A stretch of DNA of 62,192 nucleotides, filler included, from an uncultured bacterium (lineage in GTDB: Bacteria; CAYJOG01): the NCBI GenBank assembly GCA_964371695.1. It is 13 parts of 13 records of this genome, joined end to end, with 100 filler letters (N's around TTAATTAATTAA, not from the genome) between each part and the next. Parts side by side here need not be neighbours in the genome. Positions count along the whole stretch, not along the records: positions 57,558 to 62,192 come from CAYJOG010000273.1; 12 more parts are not named here. One strand, 5' to 3'. The notes beneath the pieces are model-generated. The model was not told the origin of the DNA and searched no databases. It saw only the letters and a program-made list of their open reading frames with translations. Shown here one piece after another: positions 57,848 through 62,192 of the stretch (positions are counted from its first letter, which is position 1; every line of letters begins with the position of its first letter). A program made the translations under genes and the position numbers.

Positions 57848-58849
57848 ATGACCTCCCTGACTTCTCCCGAAACCCACGCCGACCCCCTGGCGCTTTATCA
57901 ACAGGCCATCACGCCCCTGCTCCTGGGCATGGCCAAGGTGGTGGTGGGGCAGCAGCAGGTGGTGCAGGAACTCATCACCGCCCTGCTGGCCGATGGCCAC
58001 GTGCTGCTGGAAGGCGTGCCCGGTCTGGCCAAAACCCTGATGGCCCGCACATTGAGCGCGCTGTTGCATCTGGATTTCAACCGGGTGCAGTTCACGCCCG
58101 ACCTCATGCCCGCCGATGTCATCGGCACGCGCCTGATGGTGGAGGAATCCCCCGGCCAGCGGCAGTTCCGATTTGAAAAAGGCCCCGTGTTCACCAACCT
58201 GCTGCTGGCCGATGAAATCAACCGCACCACGCCCAAAACCCAATCGGCCTTGCTGGAGGCCATGCAGGAGCGACGTGTGAGCGTGGCGGGCGAAACCCAC
58301 GTGCTCTCGCCGCCGTTTTTTGTGGTGGCCACCCAGAACCCCTTGGAAATGGAAGGCACCTTTCCCCTGCCAGAAGCCCAGTTGGACCGCTTCCTGTTCA
58401 AGATACACGTGCCTTTTCCGGGGCGTGAAGACCTCGTTCGCATCAGCGAAGTCTCGCCCCTGGCTAAACCTGAAGACCTTTCGCCGGTGCTCACCCGCGA
58501 GGCGATGCTCGCGCTCATGGCGGCCATCAGCAAAGTGCCCGTGGCCACGCCGGTGCGTCAGCGGGCGGCGGATCTTGTGCTGGCCACCCACCCCCAGCAC
58601 CCCACCGCGCCGGAGAAAGTGAAAAAATATGTGCGTTATGGGGCCAGCCCGCGTGGCGTGTTGGCGCTGGTGGCGGCGGCCAAGGTGCGGGCGGTGGCCC
58701 ACGGTCGCTTGAATGTCTCAGAGGCCGATCTGCTGGAGGTGCTTTTGCCCGCCCTGCGTCACCGCCTGATTCTCAACTTTGAGGGCGAAGCCGAAGGCGT
58801 GGGGGCTGATCAGGTGCTGGAAGACGTGGCGCATGTCGGAGGGCATTAG
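57848..58849 (+). CDS. MoxR family AAA+ ATPase
   Basis: [67 protein letters not shown]. Confidence 0.95.
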   Translation: MTSLTSPETHADPLALYQQAITPLLLGMAKVVVGQQQVVQELITALLADGHVLLEGVPGLAKTLMARTLSALLHLDFNRVQFTPDLMPADVIGTRLMVEESPGQRQFRFEKGPVFTNLLLADEINRTTPKTQSALLEAMQERRVSVAGETHVLSPPFFVVATQNPLEMEGTFPLPEAQLDRFLFKIHVPFPGREDLVRISEVSPLAKPEDLSPVLTREAMLALMAAISKVPVATPVRQRAADLVLATHPQHPTAPEKVKKYVRYGASPRGVLALVAAAKVRAVAHGRLNVSEADLLEVLLPALRHRLILNFEGEAEGVGADQVLEDVAHVGGH

Positions 58850-58906
58850 CGCAGTATTCAAAAATCGACTGAGTAGGCGCGGTGTCCATTGCTGTTAGGT
58901 TTATCT

Positions 58907-59045
58907 GTAGCCCCGGCGTCTCGCCGGGAGAATAAAAACCGCCGCAGGCGGTGCAATACAGAGATTTTTCAAGGAAATAAAGCAAAAAACTGCAAGGTGC
59001 GCGCCGCTGGCGCGGTTGACACTCCCGGCGAGACGCCGGGGCTAC
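58907..59045. repeat. REPIN-like inverted REP doublet inside the MoxR operon
   Basis: GTAGCCCCGGCGTCTCGCCGGGAG (58907-58930) and its exact reverse complement (59022-59045), 91 nt apart. Confidence 0.85.
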
Positions 59046-59059
59046 GTCAAAAAACCCAA

Positions 59060-59968
59060 ATGACCCCCGACGAGCCACTCATCAGCGAAGCTTTTCTAAG
59101 CCGTCTCTCCCGCCTGCGCCTCAGCGCCCGCACACCCCGCAGCGGCCGCGCCGCCGGGGCCTATCACAGCCGCACCAAAGGGGTGTCCATGGACCTGGCG
59201 GGATACCGCCCCTATGAACTGGGAGACGACATCCGCTGGCTGGACTGGTCGGTTTATGCCCGCCTTGAAAAGCTCTACATGAAAACCTTTTTTGACGAGC
59301 AGGACAGTGGCGTGTGGCTGATGCTGGACGCCTCAGCCAGCATGGGGGCCACCAGCGCCGCCAAGTGGCTGCTGGCGCGCCAGATGGCGGCTGGCCTGGG
59401 GGCCGTGGCCCTGAGTGGCCAGAATCCGCTCACGCTCGTGATTCTGAACGAAGGCGTGGCCGAGCGGTTTTATCTGGGGCGCGGCATGAAACACCTGCCC
59501 CGCCTGCTGGACAAACTGGGGAACCTCAAGCCCCAGGGCGTCACCCGTCTGGGGGCCGCCGCCAAAAAACCGCTGCTGCGGCTGAACCCTTCCCTGGCCC
59601 TGCTCATCAGTGATGGTTTTGACCCGGCGGGGCTTTCGGACATCCTTCAGGCCATGAGCGTGAAAGGTCACGAAGGCACGTTCATCCACGTGCTGGACGC
59701 CACCGATGTCACGCCGCAGATGGAAGGCGACGTGCGAGTGGTGGACGCCGAAACCGGCGAGACGGTGGACATCAACATGGATCACCGCGCGCGGACGGAA
59801 TTTGCCACGGCCATGGGCAGGCGGCTGGACATGCAACGGGCCGAGGCCCTGGCCCGTGGTGTGGCTTATCTGCGGGCCGAAGCCCCCGCTGAGCCGTCGC
59901 CCCTGTTGCTGCGCCTGCTGGGGGGCGGGGTGCCTCTGCGGGGCGGGCGCAGCGCGGTGACATCATGA
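59060..59968 (+). CDS. DUF58 domain protein
   Basis: G.SMDLAGYRPYELGDDIRWLDW.VYAR..KLYMKTF, LDASASM, LISDGF. Confidence 0.92.
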   Translation: MTPDEPLISEAFLSRLSRLRLSARTPRSGRAAGAYHSRTKGVSMDLAGYRPYELGDDIRWLDWSVYARLEKLYMKTFFDEQDSGVWLMLDASASMGATSAAKWLLARQMAAGLGAVALSGQNPLTLVILNEGVAERFYLGRGMKHLPRLLDKLGNLKPQGVTRLGAAAKKPLLRLNPSLALLISDGFDPAGLSDILQAMSVKGHEGTFIHVLDATDVTPQMEGDVRVVDAETGETVDINMDHRARTEFATAMGRRLDMQRAEALARGVAYLRAEAPAEPSPLLLRLLGGGVPLRGGRSAVTS

Positions 59969-61800
59969 GCCTGCTGTTGCCCTGGGGGTTGTTGCTGGGA
60001 ACCGGCGCGTTGGTGATCGTGGGGTTGTATCTGCTCAAACCCCGCCGCAAAACCGTGGTGGTGAGCAGCGTGCTGCCCTTTGCGTCTCACCGGCGGGACG
60101 CCTCGCCCATTTCACCCTGGCAACGTCTCAGGACCAATCCCCTGTTGCTGCTTCAGGTGCTGGCGGCGCTGCTGCTGGCGCTGTTGCTGGCCCGGCCCCG
60201 GCTCACCAATTTCGCCGCCGGGAGTGAAAACGCCGTGCTGCTGGTGGTGGACAACAGCCTGAGCATGGCGGCCCGCGAGGGGCGCGCCACCCGCCTGTCG
60301 CTGGCCCGGAAAAAAGCCGAGGCTTATCTGGCCACCCTGCCCGGTGGCGTGGCGGTGACCCTGGCGCTGAGCAGCCCGCGCCCTGTGCAACTCACACCCG
60401 CCATCCGCTTTTTGCCCCGCGTGCGCCAGTCCATCCGCGACATTCCCCAGAGCCTTGCCTCTGCCCCCATGGATGAGTTGGGGGATTTTCTCGCCCGCTG
60501 GGCCAACGGGAAAAAAGTGCGTGTGGTGATTTTCAGCGACGGGGCCAAAAACGGCGTGCTGAAAACACCGAAAAACATCCGGCTCGCCTGGATTGCCGTG
60601 GGGCGGCCTGCGCTCAACCGCGCACTGGCCGAGGCCCAGATTACGCCCGCCGGTCAGCAGGGGGTTTACCGGTTGGCGGCCCGCGTGGTGTCGCCGGGCT
60701 GGGCGGACCCCTTTGAGGCAACACTGCGGGTGGGCACTCAAAAGGTGCGTAGTGTCAGCCTCAAGCCCAACGCCCAGGGAGACAGCTTTGTGCTGGAGCG
60801 CCTGCTGCTCAAACCCGGCGAGGTGTTGCGACTGGAACTGCCCGGCGACGCCCTTTTGCTGGACAACCGGGTGGACCTGCCCGTGCGGCCCCCCGCGCCT
60901 TTTCTGGTGGCCTGGGTGGGGCGGGCGGTGAATCCGTTTGTGGAAAAAGCCCTGTTGAGCGCGCCGGGTGTGCGTGTGGTGCGGGTCAATGATTTTCAAG
61001 AGGCGGCCCGTGTCCACGCCAACCTGACGATTGTGGAAGACCACCCCCCTGCGCACTGGCCCACCGCTGGCGCAAGCTGGTGGCTGGGTGCGTGGCCCAC
61101 CGGCACCAAAGCAAAATGGCTGAAGGGCGGCCTGCTGCTGAACAACCCGCGTCCCCTCAGCGCCCTGGCGGAAGACCTGAGCTTCAGGGGGGTGAGCATT
61201 GGACAACTTGCCGTGCCCGCCCTGCCCGCTTATTTCACCGCCGCGCTCACCGAGGGAAACGCCCCCCTGCTTTATACCGGCCAGACCCAACGGGCCAGGA
61301 TGGTGGTGTTTCCTTTTTCGTTGTGGGACACGGACATGGTGCTGTCGGTGGGCTTTCCCATCCTCATCGGGCGATTGCTGAGGGAGACCCGCGCCGAACT
61401 GGAACAGCAGGTTCCCCCGGTGGCGGCGCTGGGCCAGCCCCTGGCCCTGCCGGTGGGCGAAGGCCGCTGGCAGGCCCGGCTGGTGGATGAAAAAGGGACG
61501 CGGGTGTTCAGCCTTGTGGCCGCAGACGGTGTGGTGCGCCTGCCTCCACCACAGCAGCCCGGTGTGCTGAGCCTGACGCAGGATAAGAAAAAGTTTGTCA
61601 CGGGCCTTGCCCTGTTGAACCAGGAACAGGCAGACCTCAGCCCCGGCCGCTGGCGTTTTGCCGCGCTGGCCCAACCGACCAGCGGGGGACTGAAGGAAAC
61701 CTTTGCGGGCAGGGACCTGTTTGGTTTTCTGCTGGCGGCGCTGGTGGCGGTGATGGCGCTGGAATGGCTGGCCTATCACCGCCTCAAGCGGGTGATATGA
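59965..61800 (+). CDS. BatA N-terminal plus vWA domain membrane protein
   Basis: LYLLKPRR..VVSS, LLLARP, MIDAS VVDNSLSM, IFSDG, C-terminal TM LEW. Confidence 0.88.
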   Translation: MSLLLPWGLLLGTGALVIVGLYLLKPRRKTVVVSSVLPFASHRRDASPISPWQRLRTNPLLLLQVLAALLLALLLARPRLTNFAAGSENAVLLVVDNSLSMAAREGRATRLSLARKKAEAYLATLPGGVAVTLALSSPRPVQLTPAIRFLPRVRQSIRDIPQSLASAPMDELGDFLARWANGKKVRVVIFSDGAKNGVLKTPKNIRLAWIAVGRPALNRALAEAQITPAGQQGVYRLAARVVSPGWADPFEATLRVGTQKVRSVSLKPNAQGDSFVLERLLLKPGEVLRLELPGDALLLDNRVDLPVRPPAPFLVAWVGRAVNPFVEKALLSAPGVRVVRVNDFQEAARVHANLTIVEDHPPAHWPTAGASWWLGAWPTGTKAKWLKGGLLLNNPRPLSALAEDLSFRGVSIGQLAVPALPAYFTAALTEGNAPLLYTGQTQRARMVVFPFSLWDTDMVLSVGFPILIGRLLRETRAELEQQVPPVAALGQPLALPVGEGRWQARLVDEKGTRVFSLVAADGVVRLPPPQQPGVLSLTQDKKKFVTGLALLNQEQADLSPGRWRFAALAQPTSGGLKETFAGRDLFGFLLAALVAVMALEWLAYHRLKRVI

Positions 61801-61868
61801 ACCCAGGTTTTATCAGGTAGCCCCTTGCACTGCCTCCCGGAGTAGGCGCAATGTCCTCATCGCGCTAA

Positions 61869-62041
61869 GAGCCTGTTTGAAAACGAATGAAGATTTGTTT
61901 TCAAACAGGGGCTTGCGGCCATGGATGACCGCACCCGAAAGCCGAAGTGTTAAAAACACTGAGGTTTTCGCCACGCCAAGGGGGCTTGCCCCCGAAGGCG
62001 TTGGGTTTGAAAAGTCCACGACGGACTTTTCAAACAGGCTC
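61869..62041 (+). mobile_element. IS5-type MITE, 173 bp
   Basis: Perfect 15-bp TIR GAGCCTGTTTGAAAA / TTTTCAAACAGGCTC, flanked by TAA on both sides. Confidence 0.85.
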
Positions 62042-62192
62042 TAAGGGAGAAAGGTTTTTTCATTTTTGCAGGTGGTGTGGACACCGCATCCATTGCTGTT
62101 AGGTTAGAAATGAAATCAGGGGTTTATGGCTTTTTTTGGAGTAGGCGCGACGCCCCCGTCGCGCAACAACCAAAGCAAAATCAAGGGTTTTT

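Noticed and set aside
58889..59059. N-terminal extensions in the ORF track for DUF58, MaoC (24285-24371), CAP (1705-1818) and the porin (57338-57409)
   Set aside because: They translate repeat or leader DNA; downstream starts have an RBS, a signal peptide or fit family length

Overview
This is not one locus. It is 13 short draft-assembly contigs (4780, 4775, 4760, 4758, 4694, 4673, 4666, 4665, 4665, 4641, 4641, 4639 and 4635 bp, sorted by length) joined by artificial 100-nt N44-TTAATTAATTAA-N44 linkers, so synteny is only meaningful within a contig. The source is a GC-rich bacterium that looks flagellated (fliA, two FapA/DUF342 genes, TIGR02530 with a sigma28-type promoter) and diderm (SLH-domain porin, LptD-like protein). 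Most genes are housekeeping: an spc ribosomal operon with no rpmD at its usual position, icd, pdxS/pdxT, typA, rsgA, dusB, cdsA, a MoxR-DUF58-vWA operon and six tRNAs. Accessory items are an AT-rich Vsr/C5-methyltransferase/DUF3883 island starting at tRNA-Thr, an MNT-HEPN pair behind a tRNA operon, and an orphan XRE-S24 repressor with an AT-hook. The main observations are: (1) several nested small-repeat families (GTAG/GTGG REPs, an IS5-type MITE with covarying stems, an IS4-type composite MITE with a 10-bp target duplication); (2) a recurring TANNNT-N5-7-start pattern suggesting leaderless mRNAs; (3) a GCS2-ligase-like / PSD-like / LPG-synthase-TM gene trio that may be an undescribed lipid pathway. 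No CRISPR array, rRNA, transposase or integrase was seen. All family assignments are from motif recognition by eye; no database searches were run.
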